Shown here one piece after another: positions 1 to 12,235 of a DNA stretch of 55,908 nucleotides (positions are counted from its first letter, which is position 1; the number at the start of each line of letters is the position of its first letter). The translations under genes and the position numbers were made by a program. The stretch covers positions 15,263,946 through 15,319,853 of the forward strand of contig NC_068987.1 of assembly GCF_001194135.2 (NCBI RefSeq), given 5' to 3'. The DNA comes from Octopus bimaculoides. Its lineage: Eukaryota. A model generated the notes under the pieces. That model did no database searches. It was not told the DNA's origin and saw only the letters and a program-made list of their open reading frames with translations.

Positions 1-401
1 CCATTGACAACAGGTGTTGGTTTGTCTTTCCCTATGACTCAGCAGTTTGACAAGAGAGATCAATAGAATAAGTACCAAACTTTAAAAAAATAAGTGCTGG
101 AGTTGATGCATTCAAAAAAATTTTCTGAAAATGCTAACCCTTGGTATTTTTTTTTTTCATTTCCAAAGACACTAACATAACAGCAAGCGATGAATGATTG
201 CTTTAAACAAATAGTTGACCTTATTCTATACCAAAACTTTAAATGTTATTAATTCAAAGGCCTCATTTTGCTTTTAGTGTATAATTTTTTTTTTTTTGTA
301 ATTGCTGTATTATTCATCACTAATATCAGACTGTAATTCATTAATGACTTGGTAAATTATTCCTTTTAATAATTTTATTTTTTTGTCAATTCTAATTGTA
401 G

Positions 402-442
402 GACTGGAAGTTTATCTATTGCTGCAGAGAAACAAGATCTCA
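402..442 (+). CDS. FAAH: FAAH-A exon 8 (TGSLSIAAEKQDL)
   Basis: 41 nt, tag|G...CTCA|gtaag; homologous to 36739-36779. Confidence 0.8.
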
Positions 443-2253
443 GTAAGAATTATATTACTTTTCCTTCTTGCCTATATGTATACACATCAGCGTAACATGA
501 CCCAATGAAAGATAATCTACATGGTAATAAACCTGCTAGAAATAGCAGTCAAATCTCTCTTAAATCCTACCTTAGTGTTTTAAAAAAAGGAAGGACATTG
601 GATAAATATAAGCTGTCTGGAAGTCAGAGTGAGACAAAATAGTTACAGCTGAAATGTCTTATCAGAGGTATACTCAGTCAAGGGATGGCTACAGTTTCAA
701 TACCATATAATAGGTGGGGTAACCTGGATCTAAACAACAACAAAAACATATTGCCAATGTAGATATGTAATGTAATACACACAGACGTACATGCATCATC
801 TTGATCGGCCAGGCTGCCTGGTGCTGAGACGGTTCCACTGGCCACAACATTTGCTCCATTCCTCTCGTGCTCTTACAATTCTCCTCCACGTTGTTCCAAA
901 CATTTTTCTTAAATCATCTTCCCACCTGATTAGAGGTCTTCCGAGTGGTCTCTTCCACTTGCACAAGTACCACTTGACAACTACATGAGTCCACCGATTG
1001 TCTGTGAACCTTGTAACATGACTGTATGCGCATATACAGGGTGCGGTGAATAAATTGTCATCTAAATTATGCAAAAATGAAAATAACACTGAAAGCTCAT
1101 TTTAACAGATATATTAACCAAAATTACATAAAAATATCTTGAAATAATAAACAGTAAATTTATTCAATAAAATTGCCATTGGCTTCAACCACACTCTCCA
1201 GACGAATTCAGAATCTCATGCAACTACCAAATTTCACTCACATTTATTCGCTGAGTTATGGTAAAATCATTAATCCAAGTTACTACAGATTGATATATTG
1301 GGGAAAGTAGGGGGTCAAGGTGAACAGAGAGTGAGTCCTGATGTTACAGATTTGATAACTTCTTATTCACACACACACACTACTAATTCATAAGAATTCT
1401 ACTATTAATTACTAATTATTTATCTAATTGCAGTTCGTCCTTCTATTGGTCCGATGGCACAGACTGCTGATGGTTTGATTATTGCAGCAAAAGCATTGTT
1501 TTCTAAGAAAGTTTTTGAAATGGATCCCCATATATCCCCTATAGAATTCCAGAATCATGTAAGGAATGGTTTTTGTTGATATTCATACATTTTTCAGAAT
1601 TATTTCTGCAGTGTCTGCTCATCAACATCTGTCACCACCAATACCATCTTTACCATTACCCTGACCACCATCGCCACAATTACCCTCATTTTCTGTGCCA
1701 TTATCATCTTCATCACCACAATTATTGCCATCACCATGACCATTAATACTTCTCACCATGACCATTAATACCACTACCATTTCCAGCTTCATCATCAGTA
1801 CCCAGGTTATTCTCAAGCGCTTGTGGCCTTGTGCCTTTGTTGAAAACGCTTAGTAAGCTCTTGTGATTCTGACCCACCCTGGGACTAACCCTGGTCAAAT
1901 ATTACACACTTGACTATTTTAAAGTGATTTAAATCTTAATTTCCCATTTAAATTTTGTGTTAATCTATGTTCCAAAAATCAGCTTAATGATAACAAAATT
2001 ATGTTACTGTCATCATCGCCTTGCAGGCTCATAGGTGCTGACACCACGTAAAAGCACCAGTGTGGGTACAATGTAAAAATGTCTGTTTTAGTGCCATGTA
2101 AAAGTGCCCGGGCCAATCTTCACGGAATTTGAACTCAGAATATAGCAGCAGACAAGATACTGCTAAGCATTTCGTCCAGCAGTGCTAACGATTCTGCCAG
2201 CTTGCCACCTTAATGATAATAATAAAATTGATGATAATGAGCGGACGTTAAAC

Positions 2254-2284
<31 letters not shown>

Positions 2285-5162
2285 GTAAATTAATTTCTCT
2301 TTCTCTTTTCAGTTGTTTGAAAGCAAGAAAAACCTGCGGATTGGATATTATGTGACTGATAATACAGTTAGTTCTATCCCAGCCTGCCGCAGAGCAGTTC
2401 TTATGGCAAAGAAAGCTTTGGAAGCTAAAGGGCATACGGTAAGAATGTTATCATTGTCATGATTATTATTATAATTATTATTACTTACTTTTAATCTGCA
2501 TATTTGTTGCAATCACTTGCCGAGACACACCCAGCACCCTAGGGCAGGTGAAGGTTAAGAGATGTTGAAATATAACTGAAAGCTTGGGGAGGGGAAATGG
2601 CTAAGGCAGCAGCAAAATACCTCCATATAATACAATCTAACATAAATTGATAGGGTTTTTCTAAGGATATGGGCAGTACTGGTCAGCACAATCTCTTAGA
2701 TTTCTCTGAGACATGGTTCTCCTGGGATGTTGTCTAGATGTTTCTGACATCCCTTTTTTATCATACATTGGGTACCCATAATAACAGTAACAGTTTTTGC
2801 TTTAAGATCTTTTGTATTTCAATTTCCAGGACCTTGTATTTACTAAGTTTGTCAAATGTTAGCATGCCAGACAAAACGTTTAGCCGCATTTCATCCATCC
2901 TTACATTCTAAGTTCAAATTCCACCAAGGCTTATTTTGCCTTTCATCCTAACTTCTCCTGAGTTATCTATGTTACATTTTTCACAATCTCAATATATAAA
3001 GACAATGCAAAATCACTAACAAGAACACACATATACAATAGGCAACTTTAATTTCTGTTGACCAGTTTCACTCACAAAATATTAGTCAGCCCACTGTTAT
3101 AATATAGAACATTAGCTAGCATTATACCTGCAGTGGGACTGAACTCCTTACACCTGGTTCAGAAGCAAACTTCTTAACCACACCGCCATGCCTATACCTT
3201 TGACTATCCTTATAGCTCATCTGTTGGTGTCTTTACAAAAAATAGTTATGTATCGTTCCAATTGCACCAGTAACAAATAGAATGATAAACATATTCTTTA
3301 ACCTCCATTTAATTCAAAACTAGGTCAGGGTAATTTCTGAGCTTTTCAGTTCAATTCTACTCAATATGGCTTTCAAGTTTTGACACAAGGCCAGCAATTT
3401 TGGGGGCGGAACAGGTTGATTTGATTGCACCCAGTACTCACTTGTACTTTTTTCTTCAACCCCCTAAAGGATGAAAGGCATGGTCAACCTCAGCAGAATT
3501 TGAACTCAAAATGTAAAGATAGACGAAATGCTGCTAAGATTTTTGCTCGGTATGCAAATGATCCTACTAGCTCGATGCCTACCACCAACTTAATAATGGT
3601 TTCAAATTTTGTCTCAAGGCCAGAAATTTTGGGAGAGGGGTTAAATCAATTACACCAACTCCATTTTTCAACTGGTACTTATTTTACCAAACCTGAAAGG
3701 ATGAAAGATAAAGTTGACCCGAGTGGCATCTGCACTCAGAACAAGCATTTTGCCTGGCATGCTAACAATTCTGCCAGCTTGCTGCCCTTATATACGGCTT
3801 AATTATTGCTAACAAACTATTACCCGTTTGCTTGGATTCTGAACTTTACCATATCTTTAATTTTTATAAGTTTTTCTCTTGAGTTAATTTACCCACTCAG
3901 TGGATTGAACATTGCTTTGGCTGATATCTTCTGTCCTTTTACTAAGGATCTTCAATCTTCCATATCCATCATCTTCCATGTTTCACTTTGATTATCATAC
4001 AAATAAATGACTAATTTCTATCCTATTTGCTCCTGCAACAAAGCATACATCACTGATAAATGTTGCTGTTTCATTTAATTTACAGGTCGTTGAATTTACT
4101 CCTCCCAGAGTCCTGTATGCTCTCTGCTTAGCATCACGCATATTGTGGTTGGATGGCCGCAGATTAGGCAAGATAATGTAAGTATTGTAGAGAGTAAAAT
4201 TCCAGAATACTAGGAAACTAGTGGGGATTAGTGCAGCTGTTGTAAACACAATTAGAGAATTTGCAGTATAATCAAAAAAAATTGATTACCAGGAGTGGAA
4301 AAACTCAATGCTTCAACCTCTCGATCTGCAGTAAAGAATAGAGAAAGATGTGTGGAAGAGGAAGACATGGACAAGGTGGTGAAGCACGATCTTTGGATGT
4401 TAAGTCTCATGGAGACAATGTCATTCTAAAAAGCAATCGCATCATTGAAATCTCAGAGCTACAAGATATCATCATCATCATCGTTTCACATCCTCCTTCA
4501 ATGCTGGTATGGGTTGGATGGTTTGACAGGAGCTGGCCAGGCTGGGGCCTGCACCATGCTTCTGTGTCTGTTTTGCATGGCTTTTATGGCCGGAAGCTCT
4601 CCTTAACACCAACCACTCTGCAGAGTAGGCTAATGCATGATTAATTAAAAATAATGTGAATAAATAGGCAATTACTTTCAAAGTAATTTGTATAAGCCAA
4701 AGGTTTAGCATATTTCTGTTTTTATTTTTTTTTTCTGTTTTTTCAGAGAACATGAGGCACCGAGTAAGGAGCTGTTCTTTCTAAGAATTACTGAAGGTTT
4801 TTCCAGAATTTTAGCTCTCTTACTTTATTTTATTGTAAGTAATATTTTCTTAACCTTTTAGCATTTAAATTGGCCATATCCAGCCAAAATATTCTACTTA
4901 TTCAAACAGGCTATATCTGGTCTCTTACAATGTCAAACAGGCTATATCTGGTACCCTACAATATCTTACAAAAAGTAAACATAGGCGCAGGAGTGGCTGT
5001 GCGGAAAGTAGCTTGCTTACCAACCACATGGTTCTGGGTTCAGTCCCACTGCATGGCACCTTGAGCAAGTGTCTTCTACTATAGCCTCGGGCCGACCAAA
5101 GCCTTGTGAGTGGATTTGGTAGGCGGAAACTGAAAGAAGCCCGTCATATATATGTATGTATG

Positions 5163-5222
<60 letters not shown>

Positions 5223-7468
5223 TACGATGGTCTTCTTTCAGTTTCCGTGTACCAAATCCACTCAAGGCTTTGGTCGACCCAAGGCTATAGTAGAAGACAC
5301 TTGCTCAAGATGCCACGCAGTGGGACTGAACCCAGAACCATGTGGTTGGTAAGCAAGCTACTTACCACACAGCCACTCCTGCGCATATTATTTTCTATAA
5401 TATAGTTGCAAAAGCCACAATAACAGTAAAAGGAGTTGCATAAGCAACTAGTACAGCAACAACTATGACAACAGCAATTACTGGAGCCAGTTTCCAGAAA
5501 AGAAAGAAACATTATAAAATGCTTATATAATATTGTATTATTTGTTTACAAAATAAATATACGCTATAAAAAACATTCTCAGCTTTTATTATATTCATTA
5601 TATGTATTTGTTTCCAGTATAAATTAATATTATTAAGAAATATTACTAGTCCCTGGCACAAAGGAAAACAAAACTGCCGGTATGCCACATCAGATAGTTT
5701 GAGAAGCACTGCACAAGAGGACAACGCGTGAATGAAAAATAAATTTTTCGCTTTATTTTACAATAAAACTTCATCTAAATTATTTCAAACTTTAAAATAT
5801 TAAAAAAAAAACATCTTTTAAAATAGATTTTGTTCATAAGTTTGTGTTTGTTTTCTTTTATTTTCTTGTTTTTCTTTTTTTTTCTGTTCTCTATTATCTT
5901 GCAGGACAACACTTCATTTCAAATCTTAAGATCAATGGATGGATGTAGGTGAGTATGGAATTAGTTACCCTGCTTTGGTTTGTGTGTGTGTGTAATGTAT
6001 GTATCATCATTACTGTCATCATTTAATCATCATTATCATCATCATTTAATCATCTGTTTTCCATGCTGGCATGGATTGGATGGTTTAACCAGTCTGATTT
6101 GGCATGGTTCCTACAGCTGGATGCCCTTCCTAATGCCAACCACTTTACAGTGTGTACTGTGTGCTTTTAACAGGGCACCACATGAGCACTCACAAATTGG
6201 TACCAATGTATGTACGTATGCACGCATGTATGTGAGGTATCCATCTCTCATCTAAATGTGAGCAGCTATGTTGCTGTTCTAGGACCTTGTCCTCCCTTAT
6301 TTGCCTACTTTAACCCTTCATCTTCTAGTATAAAGCTGACCCATTCTCTGTCTCAAGGTTCATTGTCTTGTGAGCTCCACGGTGACCTCACTGCTGCCAG
6401 TGAACCAGGAAAAGCACTCAGTACACACTGAAGTGGTTGCCATTAGGAAGGGCATCCAGCTGTAAGAACCATGCCAAAGCAGACATTGGAGCATGATGCA
6501 GTTCTTGGACCCATTGAATCCTTGTTAAATAGTCCTACTTACGGCAGCATAGAACATGGACATTAAATGGTGGTGATAATGTTTATATATAGGTGCAGGC
6601 ATAGCTGTGTGTTAAGAAGCTTGCTTCCCAACCACATGGTTCCAGGGTCAGTCCCACTGCATAGTACCTTGGGCAAGTGTTTTCTACTATAGCCTCAGGC
6701 CGAACACAAAGCCTTGTGAGTGGATTTTGTAGATGGAAACTGAAAAAGAACAGCCTGTCGCATATATGTGTGTGTGTGTGTCTTTATGTCTGTTTTTTCC
6801 CCCTCTTATCACTTGACAACTGATGTTGGTGTTTTTACTTCCCTGTAACTTAGAGGTTCAGCAAAAGAGACTGATAGAATAAATACTATGCTTACAAAGA
6901 ATAAATCCCGGGGTCAATTTCTTTGAATAAAAAACTCTTTAAGGTGGTGCTCCAGCATGGTCACAGTCAAATGACTGAAATGCATAAAAGAATATATATA
7001 TGTATATATATAGGCATGGCTAGGTGCAGGTGTGGCTGTGTGGTAACAAGCTTGCTTCCCAACCACATGGTTCCTAGTTCAATCCCTCTACATGGCACCT
7101 TGTGCAAGTATTTTTTACTATAACCTTGGGTTGATCAAAGCCTTGTGAATGTATTTGGTAGATGGAAACTGAAAGTAGCCCCTTCACAATTTACAACAAA
7201 ATTTGTTTCAAAGGTATGTCTCCTTGTCTTTGACATGTGTTAGTTGTGACCTACTATCATTCAAGCAGTGACCATTGTTTCCAAATCTCTTGTGGAAACA
7301 TGTCTGGTTATGGAGAAATATTATTTTTGATAGGAAAAGGCAAGGGCTGGTGTCAAGAAGTGCATCCTGCTGTAGAAAACCTATCTCATCAAAATTCTGT
7401 CCAATCCATGCAAGCATGGATTGGATGATGATGATATATTAGATAATCACAAAGTATTTGAATGTCAA

Positions 7469-7530
<62 letters not shown>

Positions 7531-10500
7531 TCATTTTTTTCTTTTTTCTCTCCAATTCCAGAAAATATCCTGAAATATATAGTTTGGTTGCTGAAAAAGA
7601 AGTGAGTCAGTTTAAAATATTCTTCCATTTAAAGTAAGATGGGAATTGTAGTTTGCTTGAAGCACTGTAGGACAGAAATAAAATAACAAATAATGGAGAT
7701 GAAGAGCTTCTTACAATGCAAAAAGGAAAAGAGAAGTAATCTTTATATATTTCAAGTACAAAGGCCTATCACCAAAAGTGAACAGATTGACCAGAGCTGC
7801 ATAAACTTAAATTTCTTTAATCCATTCATGCTTGATGATGGGCGTTTTTACCTGAAATGTATAGAAGTTACTTAACTTTTTTTTGCAATATAAGCTCTCC
7901 CTCTTCCTTAAATTCAACCCTCAGAACCCTAGCAGCCACTATTCTGGCCACCAGCTGCAGATACAAATATCCCAGCAGCTGCTTTACTGGCCAGTATTTT
8001 CTGCATTGGAAAATCAGACAGTAACTGCTGGTTTGACTGGCACTACAAGTACCAGTATTGGCAAAAAAAAAAAAAATTTTTAAATAGTGGTAAGGACAAT
8101 GTTGCCCTCTATTTGGCATTTCATTTCAATATGAGAGACAGAAAACACATTTTAGTGACACTAAAATAATATTAGGTGGGAAATCATTGATGTTTAGTAG
8201 GCTGTGACAAGCAGCATTTGTTAGGCTGTGACAAGCAGCATTTGGTAGGCTGTGACAAGCAGCGTTTGGTAGGCTGTGACAAGCAGCGTTTGGTAGGCTG
8301 TGACAAGCAGCNNNNNNNNNNNNNNNNNNNNNNNNNNNNNNNNNNNNNNNGCAGCATTTGGTAGGCTGTGACAAGCAGCGTTTGGTAGGCTGTGACAAGC
8401 AGCGTTTGGTAGGCTGTGACAAGCAGCATTTGGTAGGCTGTGACAAGCAGCGTTTGGTAGGCTGTGACAAGCAGCGTTTGGTAGGCTGTGACAAGCAGCA
8501 TTTGGTAGGCTGTGATAAGAAGCGTTTGGTAGGCTGTGACAAGCAGCATTTGGTAGGCTGTGACAAGCAGCATTTGACAGGCTGTGGCAAACAACATCTA
8601 GTAAAGTGTATCCAATATGCTGTTTCAGCCATCTCCTCTAATTGGATTGTCAACTTATTAGCTGTTTAGTAATGAGGTACTAAAATTACAATGATCTAGA
8701 ACAGTTATAACTGTATCTCCTCCAAAAAAAAAGCTTCTGAAATGCATCTAGTATATTGGTAAATTGCTCATGAATAAGAATATTTCACTACATAGTCATC
8801 TTTTGAAAGATTAAGACTTGAGACTCTTGCTACCAGTTCATATAAAAGCTTGAATTTGTTTGAAAAACATTCCATATTTTTGATGTATTAGTAAATTGTA
8901 AGCATTTCATGAATATGAACATGTTATATATTTGTAGATTGCCACAATTTGGTCTATATCTAGCATGAGGAATTTCTCAGTTACTCTCCAAGTGATTATT
9001 CAGCTATATTTGCACCATTTAAATAAAGTACTCACTCGGAGTAAACAGATTTGTTGTCACACACTTAGAACCATTACTTATTACTGGTGATCCTGAATTA
9101 GATTTGATTTGTGATTTATGTTTCAGAAATATGATAAAGAGTTTGCTGATGCTATGCAAAAAGATAAATTGGATGCTCTCATCTGCCCTGTCATGTCTTC
9201 AACTTCACTTCTGATAAAGTGTTCAAACTTTGGAAGTAAGTCCACAACACTTTAAATTAATCTAAATTGAACATTTAAAAAGTAAACTTCTAGAAAACTT
9301 GATAGGTAAGAAACATTACCTGTAAGTGTAAAAGTTATGATAGTTGCTTGCCAACTCTGTGGTCTTGGTTTCGGCCCCACTGTGTGGCATCCTCAGCAGA
9401 TATTTTGTGTTATAGCCCCAAGCTGGCCAAAACCTTTCAAATGGTGAGTGGAAGCCTGTCATATACTTGTTATTTGCAGTGTACCGAAAGATTTGTGATG
9501 ATGCTTTGCATATATATTCTTAATATGTTCCAGTAGATTCAAATGCTAATATTCTAGTCAATTTTTTTATCGGTTGACAGATGTAAGCGCTGATCAGAAA
9601 ACAGTTTTGTTTGCTGAAATTATAAACAAAGTCAGAGGTCTCGTGCCATCTCCTACTTGGTTGGCTCCTGTCAAACCATCCAACCCATACCAGCATGAAG
9701 AGATGTTAGTTAAAAAGCCAAATCTATTGTCTTCAGTTTGATTCCTGTACATATCCTCATCAGTTATGAATGTTGGTTAATGACTGAAAAGGTATAATCA
9801 TGAATACAAGTGGCTAAACTGGGGTTTATCCGAAAGACCTTTTGAGTAATATTACTTTCCAGGGTGCACAGCTCAGGGAGTCTTTCCAGGTTGTACCACT
9901 ACTTACTCGCATTGAGAAGTCACAGTTCCAGTATTACAGAGAAGTGATTAGAATGTCACTGGAAAGAATTACAAAATGGATACTTTGAGCCGAGCCAACC
10001 AGCAGGTGACCAATACAAGGGGGTGCCGGAAAGTTCCTTGCTTTGAGGGTATCACAAAAAAGTCTGGCTGGAGGCCAATCCGCCTGTATTTTTTTTTATC
10101 CATGCCAGGAACTTTTCAGTACACCTTCATAAAGTCCTGAATGTAAAACAGACAAAATTATTGTGGTATGACATCAGTGATTGGGGAGTTGACCGGAAGA
10201 GGAAGAAGGGCAGAGGGAGCCTCGATCGAGATTCGTGCCCTTTTCGAACGGGGTGGTGGTCAGGAGAAGACGTGCTAAGTGACGGTCTAGGTTTGGGAGA
10301 AGCAGCTGCTATTCCTAGTGTTCTTCGGGTCGGGGCAAGCTTCGAGGATCAGATACCGCAAGACAGACGAAAGGAAAACCGAGGTAAGGCGATTACATCT
10401 ACTCGCACGCATACACCACAATTATCCTGCTAGATATCATTGATCATAGGACTGCTCAACAGGGCAGGGAATGACTTGTGAATATAAACAATAACAACAA

Positions 10501-11579
10501 CAATCATTTTACTTTCACCTGATTTATTTTCTTTATAGGGTTTCCGTCCTACACCCTGCTCTACAATCTATTGAACTACCCTGTTGTGTCTATTCCTGTT
10601 ACCAAGGTAACAGAAGAAGATGTAAAAAAGACTTACAGTGCTAAAACATTGACTGAATACTTTGTGAAAAAGGTGGAATTATTTTTTATTTCATTATTTT
10701 TGTTTTGTGTATGTGTATGTTGTCTGTGGAACCATAGCATTCTTGGTTATAGGATTCCAATGGACCAATCACTGATTTACTGCATTTCCAGTGGTGAGAG
10801 TGACAAGGGAGTGTTTGTGTAACTCAGTTGGAAGAAATTACAAGGTATTTTTGTTCAATATACACAAAGTGGATTCTGAACAATAATAAAAAATGTTCTT
10901 CGCAGTTGTTGGACCAAAATGAAGAACTGAAAACCTCCCCTAAACCTGAGCTCTTCAAAAAGTGGTGTCCTCATCTTGATAGTTGCTTTCACTACATCTC
11001 AGCTGTTGTATGCTCCAGCCTTCTTCAGGTGTCTTGTGTTGAACTTAGTTGTTGTATTGGAATATCAAACTTAACTTTTTATTTGATCCATGGAAATACA
11101 CTGTTCTCATTCTGCTCTCTGCATTTCATGGCATTTCATGCTTTGGTAAACTTTTTGTGAATTACTTTAGTGCTTTGCGTCGGATTGAATTCAGAACCTC
11201 TAGAATTGTAAGTTTAAATAACCTGGGAAATTACATAATCTTAATTCATCTTATGTATTCACACAGTCGCATTAAATTAATATCTATTTATTTTCTATAA
11301 GAAGTAAAGTTATGTCTTACTCAGCTCAGATATACACCAAAATATAAATTTATGTCATTCTGAACTGCAGTTCAGTGAGGTTATCTTAAACTTTACTGAC
11401 ATGGACTCTTCCACAACATTTATAAACATTCCAAATATATGTTTTGTTTCTTGCAGTCAATTCCAGGCAGTGTTGGACTCCCAGTCAATGTCCAGGTTGT
11501 TGTTCCTACATATAGGGATGAGCTTGCACTACGCATCATGAAAGAACTGGATAGTGAACTGAAGAAGAAAAGCAACTAG
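402..11579 (+). CDS. FAAH: FAAH-like paralog A, 3' part (coding exons 8-17; 5' exons lie upstream of the window)
   Basis: Exons 402-442, 1434-1558, 2313-2438, 4086-4177, 4747-4834, 5905-5948, 7562-7601, 9127-9235, 10539-10672, 11457-11579(TAG). All introns are GT-AG, phases chain without stops, and exon lengths equal those of paralog B. Motifs SIGPMAQ, LRIGYY, SYTLLYNLLNYP and SVGLPVNVQ resemble vertebrate FAAH. Confidence 0.92.
795..1020 (-). mobile_element. RTE-clade LINE 3' ORF remnant
   Basis: DNRWTHVVVKWYLCKWKRPLGRPLIRWEDDL...WRRIVRAREEW matches the typical RTE C-terminal RP.GRP..RW.D motif. Confidence 0.75.
1037..1225 (-). mobile_element. Tc1/mariner (maT-like) transposon 3' end remnant
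   Basis: TA followed by CAGGGTGCGGTGAATAAATTGTC TIR-like end; minus-strand RLESVVEANGNFIE* is a typical transposase C-terminus. Confidence 0.65.
1434..1558 (+). CDS. FAAH: FAAH-A exon 9 (RPSIGPMAQ...EFQNH)
   Basis: 125 nt, AG/GT bounded; homologous to 38326-38450. Confidence 0.92.
2313..2438 (+). CDS. FAAH: FAAH-A exon 10 (LFESKKNLRIGYY...KGHT)
   Basis: 126 nt, AG/GT bounded; homologous to 38682-38807. Confidence 0.92.
4086..4177 (+). CDS. FAAH: FAAH-A exon 11 (VVEFTPPR...LGKI)
   Basis: 92 nt; homologous to 39201-39292. Confidence 0.88.
4747..4834 (+). CDS. FAAH: FAAH-A exon 12 (EHEAPSKEL...LYFI)
   Basis: 88 nt; homologous to 41001-41088. Confidence 0.82.
4984..5384. mobile_element. Inverted pair of tRNA-derived SINE heads (4984-5145 +, 5225-5384 -) around a (TA)n tract
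   Basis: Both match the family seen at 6592, 7023, 13688, 24225, 26864, 27335 and 54746. Confidence 0.9.
5905..5948 (+). CDS. FAAH: FAAH-A exon 13 (DNTSFQILRSMDGC)
   Basis: 44 nt; homologous to 41545-41588. Confidence 0.85.
6592..7180 (+). mobile_element. tRNA-derived SINE (head plus tail) followed by a second head
   Basis: Similar to 54746-55194. Confidence 0.85.
7562..7601 (+). CDS. FAAH: FAAH-A exon 14 (KYPEIYSLVAEKE)
   Basis: 40 nt; homologous to 42707-42746. Confidence 0.85.
8195..8590. repeat. 24-bp minisatellite (GTAGGCTGTGACAAGCAGC[A/G]TTTG)n with an internal gap
   Basis: About 14-15 visible tandem units; N gap 8312-8350. Confidence 0.95.
9127..9235 (+). CDS. FAAH: FAAH-A exon 15 (KYDKEF...SNFG)
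   Basis: 109 nt; homologous to 44124-44232. Confidence 0.92.
10016..10129. mobile_element. Mariner-derived MITE, short internal-deletion form
   Basis: TA-caaggggg tgccggaaagttccttgc ... gccaggaacttttcagtacaccttc-a-ta; related to 20535-20748. Confidence 0.7.
10539..10672 (+). CDS. FAAH: FAAH-A exon 16 (FPSYTLLYNLLNYP...FVKK)
   Basis: 134 nt; homologous to 45853-45986. Confidence 0.9.
11457..11579 (+). CDS. FAAH: FAAH-A exon 17, terminal (SIPGSVGLP...KKKSN*)
   Basis: 123 nt to TAG. Confidence 0.92.
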   Translation, partial: SIPGSVGLPVNVQVVVPTYRDELALRIMKELDSELKKKSN

Positions 11580-12049
11580 CGTGTATAACCATCCTTACTT
11601 CATGAAATCCCAGTGATACATGATAACTAGTATCACATTGATTCCACTTTAGAAGAAGGTTAATATGATGTTGCAGGACCTTGGTCTTCTTTATAAAGAA
11701 TAATGACATTTAACTCCTATTCCTTGTTTAAGATGGTTAGCATCTGTCCTTTATTATGTCTTGTTCAAGTTTGCAATGTAGAACTTTAAAATCACTATTT
11801 CTCCACATATGGACCTAAATTTGTCATGAAGCTTGGCAGGAATTGAAATATATTTTGCTTGTGACATATTGCAAGAAAATCCAAAGAAACGATCTTTGGT
11901 GATACAATACTGATTATTATAATATCAGTATTATAGCCCATCCCACACACTACCATCTACATTCCATTCATCTCATATTCTACACATGTGCCTCCCAATA
12001 ATATAACAATCTACACTGCCACATATTCTACACAATCAACACCTGACAT

Positions 12050-12235
12050 TAAAACACATCACACAACACAAATATGTGATAGAGTCACCACACAACACAC
12101 AAAGCACATAGCAACTCACACACCACAAATATGTAATACAGGCACCACACAACACCCGAAGCACATGGCGCAACTTACACAAAGCAAATATGTGATACAG
12201 TCACTACGCAACTCCCAAAGCACATACTCTACACA
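12050..12235. repeat. ~59-bp degenerate minisatellite, ~3 units, FAAH-A 3' flank
   Basis: Repeated caaatatgt.ata.ag.caccacacaacac..aagcacat. Confidence 0.75.

Noticed and set aside
4764-4769. Alternative donor CGA|GTAAGG inside FAAH-A exon 12
   Set aside because: It would give a 17-nt exon and a frameshift; the 88-nt exon matches paralog B in length and phase.
8195-8590. CRISPR-like array
   Set aside because: Units are contiguous with no unique spacers, the context is eukaryotic, and no cas genes are present.
8126-8669. Long ORFs with 8-aa repeats (CLSQPTKR, LVGCDKQR, LLVTAYQT)
   Set aside because: A by-product of the 24-bp minisatellite, open in several frames at once, and intronic.
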